In this document: positions 63,815-64,000 of the stretch, piece after piece
How positions within the stretch are numbered: position 1 is the first letter of the stretch
Layout: each line of letters begins with the position of its first letter
Source: Octopus sinensis
Lineage: Eukaryota
Direction: 5' to 3'
Assembly (NCBI RefSeq): GCF_006345805.1
Contig: NC_043006.1
Location: 10,974,001-11,038,000 of the forward strand
DNA length: 64,000 nucleotides
Notes under the pieces: model-generated
Told to the model about the DNA's origin: nothing
Database searches by the model: none
Seen by the model: the letters and a program-made list of their open reading frames with translations, nothing else
Translations under genes and position numbers: made by a program

Positions 63815-64000
63815 AGTGTGGTAAGTAGCTTGTTACCAACCACATGGTTCGGGGTTCAGTCCCACTGCGTGGCACTTGGGCAAGTGTCTCTACTATAGCC
63901 TCGGGCGACCAAAGCTTGTGAGTGGATTTGGTAGACGGAAACTGAAAGAGGCCCCGTCGTATATATGTATATATATGGGTGTTGTTGTATGTCTGTGTTT
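63815..64000 (+). mobile_element. SINE family C, 5' half, cut by window edge
   Basis: Family C sequence. Confidence 0.8.

Overview
AT-rich, repeat-saturated eukaryotic DNA, probably intronic or intergenic. The repeat landscape (tRNA-derived SINE families plus dense TA/CA/GATA/TACA/TAA microsatellites) resembles an Octopus-like coleoid cephalopod; this is inference. I cannot support any host protein-coding exon, and almost all ORFs in the track are microsatellite or SINE artefacts. Supported content: (1) two tandem, 5'-truncated, frameshifted Tx1-type (L1 group) LINE copies at 42.2-49.6 kb, plus three further 3' fragments, all abutting (GATA)n-type arrays and two with 15-16 bp target-site duplications (TSDs); (2) an R4/Dong-like REL-endonuclease LINE 3' end in (TAA)n and an RTE-like 3' end; (3) four decayed Tc1/mariner elements; (4) a non-autonomous Helitron-like element; (5) about 35 SINE copies in four working families (A: tandem-multimer; B and G: swappable tails; C: internal microsatellite); (6) several Penelope-type minimal hammerhead ribozyme (HHR) motifs with palindromic stem III, all pointing into (TA)n. 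Top leads: a nested inverted repeat bracketing the whole Tx1 ORF2, GATA-microsatellite targeting by that Tx1 family, and canonical plus core-variant hammerheads. Family names A/B/C/D/G/H are my own labels. SINE boundaries are approximate (about +/-10-20 bp), and all structures were folded by eye.
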